Part shown: in pieces, positions 1-9,446 of the stretch
Position numbering within the stretch: position 1 is the first letter of the stretch
How the letters are laid out: each line of letters starts with the position of its first letter
Source of the DNA: an uncultured delta proteobacterium
Lineage (GTDB): Bacteria > Myxococcota_A > Polyangia > Fen-1088
Direction: 5' to 3'
DNA: 64,000 bases
Assembly: GCA_963796685.1 (NCBI GenBank)
Contig: CAWCMR010000025.1
Coordinates: forward strand, 832,001 to 896,000
Made by a program: the position numbers and the translations under genes
The notes under the pieces: model-generated
The model's input: the letters and a program-made list of their open reading frames with translations, nothing else
Databases searched by the model: none
Told to the model about the DNA's origin: nothing

Positions 1-36
1 GGGCGAAAAACAGGGCGAGGGCGAAGCAAAGCTTCT

Positions 37-754
37 TCATTGGCTCACACAGCGAAAGCCCAGGTCGGCGTCGCGGTAGCCGGGATCCCAGGCGTTGCGA
101 TTGGCGGCGCGCGGTTCGACGAAATAGCTGCAGCACGAGCCGCCACGTACGACGCGGCGGGAAGGATCGCGATCGTACCTGTCCGCCACCCACTCCCACA
201 CGTTGCCGGCCATGTCGAGCACGCCGAACGGGCTCGCTCCTTGCGGATAGCTGCCGACGGCCACGGGCTTGCCGGGATTCTTGCCCGCGCACGGTCCCTC
301 ATTTTCGAAATTGCCCCAGTTGGCGTGGGCGCAATCGAGCTCCTTGCCCCAGGGAAACTCACGGCCGTCGCCGCCGCGGGCGGCCTTTTCCCATTCGTCC
401 TCGGTGGGCAAGCGTCCGCGAGCGAAGGCGCAGAAGGCACGCGCCTCGCTCCAATTGACGTTGGTGACGGGGGAGCTCCGGCTCGGTCGTCAGATCGCCG
501 ACCAGCGGCTTGCAGCGACGGGCGGCCACGCAGCGCCCGTACATGGCGCGCGTGACCTCGGTGCGGTCGATGTGAAAGGCCCGCAGCCTGATCACCTTCA
601 CCGGCCGCTCGTCGTACGCGCCCTGGGTCGAGCCGCGCGCAAAGGGGCCGGCGGGGACAAGGACGCGATCGGTTTTGTCGCCTGCAGCACGCGAGCCATC
701 GGGCCGCGCCATGGACAACAGAAGAACCCCGACCACCAGCCACGGGCGACTCAT
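37..754 (-). CDS. Formylglycine-generating enzyme (FGE/SUMF1) family protein, apparent frameshift at ~469-473
   Basis: N-terminal half (signal peptide, VPAGPFARGS...IDRTEVT) is in ORF 359..760. C-terminal half (RLPTEDEWEKAARG, DMAGNVWEW, RGGS, GFRC) is in ORF 37..411. Removing one C after GAGCTC joins them. ATG at 754 overlaps the upstream TGA. Confidence 0.85.
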
Positions 755-1002
755 GCACACCCCCCGGCCAGCGCCAGTTTTTTCGCGCGCGGCAGTCTCT
801 TGATGGCGGCTTCCCGACGCAGCGCCGCCGTTTGGCTCGACTTGCGCTCGCTGTGTACGAGGGCAACGGGCCCGCGGCCCCGGGTGTAACGCGCGCCCTT
901 GCCCTGGTTGTGCTTGGCCAGACGAGCGGCCACGTCACGGCTGACACCCGTGTACAGTGTGCCGTCGCGACAGCGCACGACGTAGACGAACCAGATGGCC
1001 AT
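751..1002 (-). CDS. GIY-YIG nuclease family protein (UPF0213/YhbQ-like)
   Basis: WFVYVVRC.DGTLYTG...RL.KHN.GKGARYTRGR.PV...A.RRE..IK motif. Confidence 0.9.
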   Translation of the reverse strand: MAIWFVYVVRCRDGTLYTGVSRDVAARLAKHNQGKGARYTRGRGPVALVHSERKSSQTAALRREAAIKRLPRAKKLALAGGCA

Positions 1003-1169
1003 ACCTCGGAGTCACTATGACCAGCCCGGGTCGGCCTGGCAAATTCCGTGAGTACAGAGGGCACAGAGGGGGAGGAGAGCGCGCGGAGGAAGGCAGATGA
1101 GCCGGGGCGATTGCCCGCGACCACGGGGTCGCTTCTAGCTCGGCTGGCGTCGTTGTATGGTGCTGGACC

Positions 1170-3518
1170 ATGAGACCGCGAACCGTCGCTGCCCTCTTCG
1201 TTGCCGTCTCCGTTTTGTCCGGCGACGCCGTGCTCGCGCAGAAGGCGCCCGTGACTTCGCTGCCGTACCGCGATCCCAAGCTGGCAGTCGACGCGCGGGT
1301 GGCCGACCTGCTCGGGCGCATGACGGTGGCGGAAAAGGTCGCCCAGCTGCAATCGCTCAACTGGGAGCACAGCTACGTCTACGACGCCAAGTCGCGGCTC
1401 TTCTCGCCCGAACGGGCGCGCGCGCTCATGCCGCACGGGATGGGCGAGATCACCCGCCCGGGCGACAGGCACGATGCGCGCGAAGCGACGGAGATGGCCA
1501 ACGCCGTGCAGAAGTTCCTGGTCGAACGGACGCGCCTCGGGATCCCGGCGATCTTGCACGAGGAAGGCTTGCACGGCTTCGTCGCGCCAGGGGCCACCAG
1601 CTTTCCGCAAGCCATTGCCCTGGCGGCCACCTTCGATCCGGCGCTGCTCGAGGAGGTGTTCACCGTGGACGCACGCCAGATGCGGGCGCGCGGCGTGCAA
1701 CAGGTGCTGGCCCCGGTGGTCGACGTGGCCCGCGATCCGCGCTGGGGACGCATCGAGGAGACCTACGGCGAAGATCCCTATCTCGTCACACGCATGGGCG
1801 TCGCGGCCGTGAACGGTTTGCAGGGCCGGCGCGCATCGGCCGACGCGCCCATCGACGGGACGCACGTCATGGCTACCCTCAAGCACATGACCGGACACGG
1901 CTACCCGGAGGGCGGACGCAACACCGCGCCTGCCATCGCCTCGCCGCGCATGCTGCGCGAGGTGTTCTTCCCACCTTTCGAGATGGCGCTTCGCGAGGCC
2001 CACGCGCTCTCGGTGATGGCCAGCTACAATGAAATCGACGGCGTCCCCTCGCACGAGAACCGCTGGCTTCTGACCGACCTCCTGCGCGGCGAATGGGGCT
2101 TCCGCGGCGTGGTCGTCTCGGACTACTTCGGCATCGCCGAGCTCGAGCGCAGGCACCACGTGGTCCCGGATCTGCCGAGCGCCGGGCGCACTGCGCTCGC
2201 AGCCGGCGTCGACGTCGAGTTGCCCGAGCCCGAAGGCTACGCATCGCTCGCGACTGACCTCGCGGCCGGGCGCATCCCGCGGGCCCAGCTCGACCAGGCG
2301 ACCTCCCGCGTGCTGCGCGCGAAGTTCTTGCTCGGCCTGTTCGAGCAGCCCTATGTCGTGAACACCACGCTCGAGCCCGAACGGCACTCGGACCGGGCGC
2401 TCGCCCGGCGCGCCGCCGAAGAAGCCATCGTGCTGCTCAAGAACGAGGGCGGCCTGCTACCCCTCGATGCCAAGCGCCTGAAGTCGATCGCAGTCATTGG
2501 TCCCAACGCGGAGGTGTGCCGGCTGGGCGGCTACAGCGGAAAACCTGACAAGACGGTCAGCATTCTCGATGGCCTCCGCGCCCGTCTCGGTGAGCATGTC
2601 AAGGTCCTTGCGGCGAAGGGTTGCGACCTGACCACGGGTCAGCGCGGCTGGCACGACGACCAGGTGACCCTGGCCGATCCAGCCGACGACGCGCGCCTGG
2701 TCGCCGAGGCCGCCCGGCTGGCCAAGTCAACCGACGTCACGGTGCTGGTCATCGGTGAGAACGAGCAGCTCTCGCGCGAAGGCTGGACCGACAACCACCT
2801 CGGCGACCGCATGAGCCTGGAGCTCGTGGGCGCGCAGATGGCTCTGGCCGGCGCCGTGCTGGCCAGTGGCCATCCCAGCGTCGTGGTGCTCATCCACGGC
2901 GGCCCGCTCGCCATTCCCGAGCTCGCGCGGAAGGCGCCCGCCATCCTGGACGGCTTTTACCTCGGCGAGGAGACCGGGACGGCCGTCGCGAGCGTGCTCT
3001 TCGGCGATGCGAACCCAGCCGGCCGTCTGCCCTGGACCGTGCCACGGGCTACTGGCACGGTGCCCGTCTACTACGACCACAAGCCGTCGGCCGAGCGCCC
3101 CTACCTGTTCGAGACGCCCGGTCCGCTGTGGGCCTTCGGCCACGGGCAGAGCTACACCACCTTCCGCTACGATCCCGTCAAGGTGCGTCCGGCGCGCATC
3201 GCGCCCGACGGCCAAACCACCGTGTCCGTGAACGTGACCAACACCAGCAAGCGTGCCGGCGACGAAGTGGTGCAGCTGTACGTCCACGACGTCGTCGCCT
3301 CGATCACTCGCCCGGTCAAGGAGCTGCGCGGCTTCGCGCGCATCCATCTCGAAGCGGGCGAGACGAAACGCGTGGACTTCAAGCTCGGCCCGGCGGACCT
3401 GGGTCTGTGGAATCTCGACATGAAGCGCGTGGTGGAACCCGGCAAGTTCGACCTCATGGTCGGCGCCAGCTCCGCTGACATCCGCCAGCGCGCCACCTTG
3501 GAAGTGGGGAGATTCTAG
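1170..3518 (+). CDS. Secreted glycoside hydrolase family 3 (beta-glucosidase/xylosidase, BglX-like)
   Basis: Signal peptide; RDPRWGRIEETYGEDP, LKH, SYNEIDG, VVSDY (nucleophile); C-terminal Fn3-like GDEVVQLY...KELRGF. Confidence 0.95.
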   Translation: MRPRTVAALFVAVSVLSGDAVLAQKAPVTSLPYRDPKLAVDARVADLLGRMTVAEKVAQLQSLNWEHSYVYDAKSRLFSPERARALMPHGMGEITRPGDRHDAREATEMANAVQKFLVERTRLGIPAILHEEGLHGFVAPGATSFPQAIALAATFDPALLEEVFTVDARQMRARGVQQVLAPVVDVARDPRWGRIEETYGEDPYLVTRMGVAAVNGLQGRRASADAPIDGTHVMATLKHMTGHGYPEGGRNTAPAIASPRMLREVFFPPFEMALREAHALSVMASYNEIDGVPSHENRWLLTDLLRGEWGFRGVVVSDYFGIAELERRHHVVPDLPSAGRTALAAGVDVELPEPEGYASLATDLAAGRIPRAQLDQATSRVLRAKFLLGLFEQPYVVNTTLEPERHSDRALARRAAEEAIVLLKNEGGLLPLDAKRLKSIAVIGPNAEVCRLGGYSGKPDKTVSILDGLRARLGEHVKVLAAKGCDLTTGQRGWHDDQVTLADPADDARLVAEAARLAKSTDVTVLVIGENEQLSREGWTDNHLGDRMSLELVGAQMALAGAVLASGHPSVVVLIHGGPLAIPELARKAPAILDGFYLGEETGTAVASVLFGDANPAGRLPWTVPRATGTVPVYYDHKPSAERPYLFETPGPLWAFGHGQSYTTFRYDPVKVRPARIAPDGQTTVSVNVTNTSKRAGDEVVQLYVHDVVASITRPVKELRGFARIHLEAGETKRVDFKLGPADLGLWNLDMKRVVEPGKFDLMVGASSADIRQRATLEVGRF

Positions 3519-4547
3519 CGCGCGCACACGCCCACTCCATCGGGGCGGCGCGCGCAGAAACCCGCGGAACAGTCCGTGGGCAGTGCGCAGAACGGATGGC
3601 GCGCGCCGGGCCCAAGGCAAAGAGGCAGGCCATCGCCGCGGTCGGCGCAGTGTTGACCAAACGGGCAAGCAGCGTCGGACTGGCACAAGGACGCGAGCGG
3701 AAAATCGATGACCACGCCGTAGACCTGAGGTGGCCCATAGCGCAGCCAGCGGATGACGGCGCGCCTTGGAATGGGCGGCGGCGCCACCGCTGCCACCGCC
3801 GCCTGCTCTTCCCGCTGTTGTCGTGCCGCCTTCTCCTCGCGTTCGCTCGCCTCGCGCTTGCTGGCCGCGTGCGCGGCCGCGATCGAGATCGGCCGCCAAA
3901 GCGAGATCGAGGCGCCCGTCCGAGCCGATGCTGATTGCGGTGGAGTGCCTTTCCAGGAACGCGACCAGCGCAGGTAGCTCGGACTCGGCAAGCCACCCAT
4001 CCACCGCAACGTGGACGAGCAAGGTCTCGCTGTCGGCCAGCAATTCGATTTCGGTTCCCGCCGGGCAGGAGGTCTTGAGTGTCAGGGTTCGGGTGGACCC
4101 GGCGCCGGACTTGACCAGGGTCATGTGGCGAATCTCGGGCTTGATGGTGAAGCTGCGATAGAGCCCCCAGGCAAGATCGACCCCCAAGGGCACGAGGAAC
4201 CACGGGCTGCGGAATGCCTTGTTGCCGATAGCCACGGCGGGAACGAAGATGACGCCTTCGAGTCCCGTCGCGATCCACATCATGGGCGCGATACCGTTGG
4301 GGAAGACCGTCTCCATTTCCACCGAGGAGCCGCGTACCCGCGGAGAATCCCGGTACGAACAGACGAGTCCGTGTTCACGGTCAAGCTTTACCTCGCGCGA
4401 GGACTCGCCCGGGCCGACCGGAAGCGCGGTGCCGGACAAGGTGGGACTTTCACCGGGGCCAACCGCCAGATAAATCAGATCGGACGAGATGGCGCAGCCC
4501 GAGGCGGAAAGCAGCGCCAGTGCGACGCCCATCGTGGCGCATCTCAT
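3515..4547 (-). CDS. Hypothetical lipoprotein with Cys-rich C-terminus, apparent frameshift at ~3885
   Basis: Start MRCATMGVALALLSASGC (lipobox-like), ATGA-coupled to the upstream gene. Reading continues into ORF 3515..4009 (CQSDAACPFGQHC...C...C) after removing one base near GATC at 3881-3890. Confidence 0.6.
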
Positions 4548-5272
4548 GGCGTCCTCCGGGCGCCCGCCGGAGCGACCGAGACCACGCGAGGGATCTCGGG
4601 CAGGTCGCCGCCCCCGATGGCAAGGGCAATGGCGAAAGCCTCCTCGCGGGCAATGGCTGGGGGGATCTTGACGGTAACGTTCGGCCGCTGCTGGTCGGGA
4701 CATTTCAGGTTGTCGGCGCGGCGTTCGGACTCGACGTCTGGTGTGACCACCGCCGAGTCCCTGTATGAAATAGTCCAGGTGACCTTCAGGTTCACGCCGT
4801 GCGATGCCGAGCCTGGACCGCGGGTGATGTTCGCGCCGCCAGTTCCGAGCTGACAAGCCACCGAGGGATCCAGATGCAGCCGCAGCTGGGCCGAGCACTC
4901 GCAGCCCTGGGTGCCGGGCAGCCATTCGGAGATGAATCCACTGCCGAGGCTGGAGGCGCCTATGCGCCAGCCCCCCGGATCGGTCAGCACGGAAACCAGC
5001 GTGGCGAATTCCTGCGGGGTCACGCCATAGATGTCGAACACCGCGCGCGTATCGTCGTACACGATGCGCGCCGTGATGCCCAGGATGGACAGGCGGTGCC
5101 ACCAAGCGGTCTCGAATTCCTCCGTCCGTTCGGGCAGCGACGAGGCAAAGAGGACGATGCGACCGGCGTAGGGGATGTTCCAAGCCGGCGGCGGTCCGGA
5201 CGGATTGGGCTCGGTAACCACGGTCGCGCAGCCGAGGGCGACGAAGACCAAAACCGTGACCAGCCGATTCAT
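4544..5272 (-). CDS. Hypothetical lipoprotein
   Basis: MNRLVTVLVFVALGC lipobox; stop overlaps the next start. Confidence 0.6.
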   Translation of the reverse strand: MNRLVTVLVFVALGCATVVTEPNPSGPPPAWNIPYAGRIVLFASSLPERTEEFETAWWHRLSILGITARIVYDDTRAVFDIYGVTPQEFATLVSVLTDPGGWRIGASSLGSGFISEWLPGTQGCECSAQLRLHLDPSVACQLGTGGANITRGPGSASHGVNLKVTWTISYRDSAVVTPDVESERRADNLKCPDQQRPNVTVKIPPAIAREEAFAIALAIGGGDLPEIPRVVSVAPAGARRTP

Positions 5273-5282
5273 CCCCCAAAAG

Positions 5283-5465
5283 CTACACGAGCGCGGCCCC
5301 GAGCGGCAATTTGGTTGACCTATCGGTTTCGATCGTGGCCAGGAATTCGAGCCAATGAGCTTGCAGTGTCTTGTACAGCAGCGTCGTTTCTGGCTGCCGG
5401 CGCGCGTACGCCCCTGCGCCGTGCGCCGGCGCGTGACAGACCGTGGTTGCGCCTTGCGACTGCAT
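5283..5465 (-). mobile_element. Remnant N-terminus of an IS91/ISCR-family transposase
   Basis: YARRQPETTLLYKTLQAHWLEFLA resembles the segment preceding the zinc-binding domain of IS91-type transposases; truncated at 60 aa. Confidence 0.55.
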
Positions 5466-5525
5466 CCACGGGTGCTATCGGTCTGTCCGAGCTTCCCCAG
5501 ATCAGGGAGCCGAAGGTCCCCGAAG

Positions 5526-6572
5526 CTACGCGGCCGCGCTCTCGGCGCTCGCAACCGGCGCCGGCGCGCCGAGCCTCGCATTCTCCGCCTTGCGCAGGGC
5601 GACCAGTTTGTCGCGGAGCTCGGCCGCCAGCTCTGGATGCTCGGCGAGGTACTGGCAGGCCTTGTCGCGTCCTTGGGCGATGCGCTCGCCGTTCCAGGCG
5701 TAGTAGGCGCCGGACTTCTCGATGAGGCCGGCCTCGCTGGCCAGGTCCACGATCTCGCCGACGGCGGAAATGCCGGTGCCATAGGTGATCTCGAATTCGC
5801 ACTCGCGGAAAGGCGGAGCGACCTTGTTCTTCACCACCTTTACGCGCGTCTTGTTGCCGACCACTTGCTCGCCGTTCTTGACCGTGCCGGTCTTGCGGAT
5901 GTCGAGGCGGACGCTGGCGTAAAACTTCAGCGCGTTGCCGCCCGTGGTGGTTTCGGGGTTGCCGTAGACCACGCCGATCTTCTGCCGGAGCTGGTTGATG
6001 AACACCACGCAGGTGTTGTTGCGGCAGGTGGCTGCGGTCAGCTTGCGCAGGGCTTGGCTCATGAGGCGGGCTTGCAAGCCCATGTGGGAATCGCCCATCT
6101 CGCCTTCGATCTCGGCCTTGGGCACGAGCGCGGCCACCGAATCGACGACGATGAGATCGACGGCGCCGGTGCCGACCAGCTTGTCGGCGATCTCCAGGGC
6201 CTGCTCGCCGTGATCGGGTTGCGAGACCAACAAATCCTCGATGCGGACGCCGAGCTTGCGCGCGTAGGTGACGTCCAGGGCGTGTTCGGCGTCGATGAAG
6301 GCGCACACGCCGCCCGCCTTCTGCGCCTGCGCGATGGCGTGCAAGGTCAGCGTGGTCTTGCCCGAGGACTCGGGGCCGAAGATCTCGACCACGCGTCCGC
6401 GCGGCAGGCCGCCCACGCCCAGGGCCAGGTCGAGGCCGACCGAGCCCGTGGGAATGACGTCGATGTCCTCGGCCTCGCCACCGAGGGACATGATGGCGCC
6501 CTTGCCGAATTGCTTCTCGATGGCCGCGAGCGCGCTGGAAATGGCTTTCAGTTTCTCTTTGATGGTGGACAT
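5526..6572 (-). CDS. recA: Recombinase RecA
   Basis: [58 protein letters not shown]; RBS GAAGGAG. Confidence 0.99.
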   Translation of the reverse strand: MSTIKEKLKAISSALAAIEKQFGKGAIMSLGGEAEDIDVIPTGSVGLDLALGVGGLPRGRVVEIFGPESSGKTTLTLHAIAQAQKAGGVCAFIDAEHALDVTYARKLGVRIEDLLVSQPDHGEQALEIADKLVGTGAVDLIVVDSVAALVPKAEIEGEMGDSHMGLQARLMSQALRKLTAATCRNNTCVVFINQLRQKIGVVYGNPETTTGGNALKFYASVRLDIRKTGTVKNGEQVVGNKTRVKVVKNKVAPPFRECEFEITYGTGISAVGEIVDLASEAGLIEKSGAYYAWNGERIAQGRDKACQYLAEHPELAAELRDKLVALRKAENARLGAPAPVASAESAAA

Positions 6573-6574
6573 TT

Positions 6575-7078
6575 CTAATCTCCTTCGTTAGTTGGGTGAA
6601 CCACAGAGGACACAGAGGACACAGAGGACACAGAGGACACAGAGGACACAGAGACGGACTTCGGAGGTTTCAAACGACGAACTCCGTGTTTGAGCAGGCC
6701 GACGTTGAAGTTGATGAGGAGGCCAAGCGGAAGCCCGGAGAGCTTCAGATAGGACAGGAGCTGCGCACTGTGGAGAGCCACCAGTTGGTCGACCGCCTTG
6801 ACCTCGACGATCAGCACATCGTCGATGACCAGATCGAGACGATATCCACAGTCCAGTCGCGAACCTCGATAGACAACGGGGAGTTTGCGCTGGCGCTCGA
6901 CCCGATGTCCCTGAGAGACAAGCTCATGGGCTAGGCAAATCTCGTACGCCGATTCCAAAAGTCCCGGGCCCAGAAACCGGTGAACTTCAATGGCACTTCC
7001 GATTACCGCCTCCGAGATCCGGTTCAACCCGTCCTTTCCGACCTCTGTGTCCTCTGTGTCCTCTGTGGTGAACATCAA
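6575..7078 (-). CDS. GxxExxY protein (PD-(D/E)XK nuclease-like family)
   Basis: [21 protein letters not shown]; [17 protein letters not shown]; [11 protein letters not shown]...GLLINF. Termini are encoded by 9-bp repeats (TTEDTEDTE; SVSSVSSV). Confidence 0.93.
   Translation of the reverse strand: MMFTTEDTEDTEVGKDGLNRISEAVIGSAIEVHRFLGPGLLESAYEICLAHELVSQGHRVERQRKLPVVYRGSRLDCGYRLDLVIDDVLIVEVKAVDQLVALHSAQLLSYLKLSGLPLGLLINFNVGLLKHGVRRLKPPKSVSVSSVSSVSSVSSVSSVVHPTNEGD
6600..6655 (+). repeat. 9-bp tandem repeat (CACAGAGGA) x5 plus one variant; left end of the GxxExxY cassette
   Basis: Copies start at 6602, 6611, 6620, 6629, 6638 and 6647 (CACAGAGAC). Confidence 0.95.
7041..7069 (-). repeat. Inverted 9-bp tandem repeat (CCTCTGTG core) x3; right end of the GxxExxY cassette
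   Basis: acctctgtg tcctctgtg tcctctgtg gt, the reverse complement of the 6600 array. Confidence 0.95.
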
Positions 7079-8577
7079 GCAGTCTCCCTATCTAGAAACC
7101 GGTACTGCAACGCCTCGGCCACGTGCGGGCCACGGACACTGGTGGAGGCCTCCATGTCGGCGATGGTGCGCGCCAGCCTGCGCACGCGTTCGATGGCCCT
7201 CGCGGACAGAGCCAGACGCTCGACCGCGCGTTCGAGGAGGCGGTGGCCGTCGCCGTCGAGCACCGCAACTTTTGCCAGGTCGGGCGTGCTCAGGCGCGCG
7301 TTCGGCCGCGGGCCGCGGTCCAGCTGTCGGCGGCGCGTATTTTCCACCCTGGCGCGGACGTCCACGGTGGCCTCGCCCGTTTTGCTCGACGACAGCTCGC
7401 GGTAGGCCAGGGCAGGCACCTCGACGTGCATGTCGATGCGGTCGAGGAGCGGTCCGGACAGTTTCGCCCGGTAGGCGTTGATGGCGGACTGCGAGCAGGT
7501 GCAGGTGCGCAAGCGGTTGCCGAAGTGGCCGCATGGACACGGATTGAGCGCGGCCACCAGCATGAAGTCCGCCGGAAAGAGCACCGTGCGCCGCGCGCGC
7601 ACCACGGCGATCTCGCGCTCTTCGAGAGGCTGGCGAAGCGCCTCCAGGGCCGGCCGACTGAATTCGAGCAGCTCGTCGAGGAAGAGCACGCCGTTGTGGG
7701 CCAGCGAGATCTCGCCCGGCCGCACCGACGGTCCGCCGCCGGCCAGGCCCGCCACGCTGACCGTGTGGTGGGGCGCGCGAAAAGGCCGCTCGGTGACCAG
7801 GGATCGTCCCGCCAGCATGCCGGCGACGGAGTACACCATGGTGGTTTCCAGCGACTCGTCGAAGGTCAGGGCGGGCAGAAGGCCCGGCAAGCGTCGCGCC
7901 AGCATGGTCTTTCCCGACCCGGGCGGCCCGACGAAGAGGATGTTGTGACCTCCCGAGGCCGCGATCTCGAGAGCCCGGCGCGCGATCTCTTGGCCGCGGA
8001 CGTCGGCCAGGTCGGCGCCCGAGGTGGGCAGAAAAGCAGGCGGCGTCGCCGGCTCGATTCCGGTCGCTGTTCCCTGCAAGGCCTCGATGAGCTCGCCGAG
8101 ATGTCCGACAGGGATGACCGAGCAACCACCCACCACCGCGGCCTCGGAAGCGTTTTCCCTGGGCACGAACAAGCGCGGGATGGCGCGCGCCCGGGCGTAG
8201 GCGGCCATGGGCAGCACGCCGCGTACGGGACGCACGCGCCCGTCGAGGGCCAACTCGCCCACGAACATCGCGCTCTCGTTCACCTCGGGCGGGATGGCGC
8301 CCGCAGCGGCCAGGATACCCACGGCGATGGGAACGTCGAAGGCGGCCCCGTCCTTGCGCAAATCGGCTGGCGCCAGGTTCACGGTGATGCGACGGAGCGG
8401 GTACTTGAAGCCACTGTTCTCGATGGCGCCGCGAATGCGGACGCGGCCTTCCTTCACGCCGGCATCCGGCAGGCCCACGATGCGGCAGCCGGGCAGGCCG
8501 TTGGCCACGTCCACCTCGACGTGGATGGGCGCGGCCTCGATGCCGACGACGGTTGCGGAGAGAACGTGAGTAAGCAC
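7075..8577 (-). CDS. comM: YifB/ComM Mg-chelatase-like AAA+ ATPase
   Basis: VEVDVANGLP...VGLPD..VKE, TVNLAPADLRKDG..FD, GPPGSGKTMLARR, RPFRAPHHT, LAHNGVLFLDE, NPCPCG, SGPLLDRID. Confidence 0.93.
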   Translation of the reverse strand: MLTHVLSATVVGIEAAPIHVEVDVANGLPGCRIVGLPDAGVKEGRVRIRGAIENSGFKYPLRRITVNLAPADLRKDGAAFDVPIAVGILAAAGAIPPEVNESAMFVGELALDGRVRPVRGVLPMAAYARARAIPRLFVPRENASEAAVVGGCSVIPVGHLGELIEALQGTATGIEPATPPAFLPTSGADLADVRGQEIARRALEIAASGGHNILFVGPPGSGKTMLARRLPGLLPALTFDESLETTMVYSVAGMLAGRSLVTERPFRAPHHTVSVAGLAGGGPSVRPGEISLAHNGVLFLDELLEFSRPALEALRQPLEEREIAVVRARRTVLFPADFMLVAALNPCPCGHFGNRLRTCTCSQSAINAYRAKLSGPLLDRIDMHVEVPALAYRELSSSKTGEATVDVRARVENTRRRQLDRGPRPNARLSTPDLAKVAVLDGDGHRLLERAVERLALSARAIERVRRLARTIADMEASTSVRGPHVAEALQYRFLDRETA

Positions 8578-8589
8578 GTGGCGGAGTAA

Positions 8590-8606
8590 AGCGAGAACGG
8601 TGCCAA
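8590..8606 (-). promoter_or_regulatory. Putative sigma54 (-24/-12) promoter upstream of comM
   Basis: Minus strand TTGGCACCGTTCTCGCT: TGGCAC-N5-TCGCT with correct GG-N10-GC spacing, one mismatch to TTGC. Confidence 0.5.
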
Positions 8607-8765
8607 GGCTTGCCCGCGCCGTTCATCGCCGGTTTCGTGCGACCTTCGTCGGCGTGAAACGCCGGCGCGACCGGGCTCCGTCCGGGTGCTGTCCACCTTT
8701 CGTCCGGTTCCCGGCCGCCGCCGTCCGACTGTCGTCAGGCTGGCCCCGGTCCAGACCACGGGCTG

Positions 8766-9446
8766 CTAGGTATCGCAGGTACCGCCAGCCCACACGAAGA
8801 TGTCGGGCTCGCGGGTGCGCGCGCAGCGCAAGCCACACAGCCCGGCCGCGAATCCGAGGGTTTTCTCGGCAAAGAAGTTGAGGTGGGTCGCGTCGCGCGC
8901 GTACCACCACGACGCCACCTCGGCCACGGACGGATAGCATTGCGTGCGCACCACGACGCGCCCGTCGGGCTCGAGGCAATGCTTGAGCCTCCGCATCTCG
9001 CCGCGCAGATCGCGCAGGTGCTCGATGACCTCGCATACGACGACGATGTCGTAGCGGCGGTCGAGCGCGGAAAGACCCTTGCCGTACAGCGGATCGTAGG
9101 CAGCGCAGTCGAATCCACGCCGGCGCAGAAGGTCCGCGAGCACGGCGTTTTCTCCGCTGCCAAAATCGAGCACGCGTGGTGCCGCGATTCCGATCTCCGT
9201 CACCACGTCGGCGACCTGCCCCAGGAAATTGACGTAGCCTTCGTTCGAGGGCGAGTTGTCGTGGTGGGCGTAGCGTGCCCGCTCCTCGTCCTCGCTCGGC
9301 CAGAATTCGCCGGGCACGAACACCAAGCCGCAATTCGGACAATGGACGAACGCCCTGTGCTTGTTCCGTCCCGCCGGTACGCAAGCCGAAGCCACGCACA
9401 GCTTGCAAGCACCGGGGGTCGAGAGCCCGCCTGTCACCAGCCGCAT
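8766..9446 (-). CDS. Class I SAM-dependent methyltransferase with N-terminal Cys (zinc-ribbon-like) motifs
   Basis: CKLC...CPNCGLVF, E..RY..H.N, VLDFGSGE, YDP, EVIEHL, WWY.RD.TH..FF. The start may instead be GTG at 9437. Confidence 0.85.
   Translation of the reverse strand: MRLVTGGLSTPGACKLCVASACVPAGRNKHRAFVHCPNCGLVFVPGEFWPSEDEERARYAHHDNSPSNEGYVNFLGQVADVVTEIGIAAPRVLDFGSGENAVLADLLRRRGFDCAAYDPLYGKGLSALDRRYDIVVVCEVIEHLRDLRGEMRRLKHCLEPDGRVVVRTQCYPSVAEVASWWYARDATHLNFFAEKTLGFAAGLCGLRCARTREPDIFVWAGGTCDT

Noticed and set aside
8620-8760. Riboswitch or ncRNA upstream of comM
   Set aside because: GC-rich hairpins and GTCC repeats are present, but no recognisable family motif.
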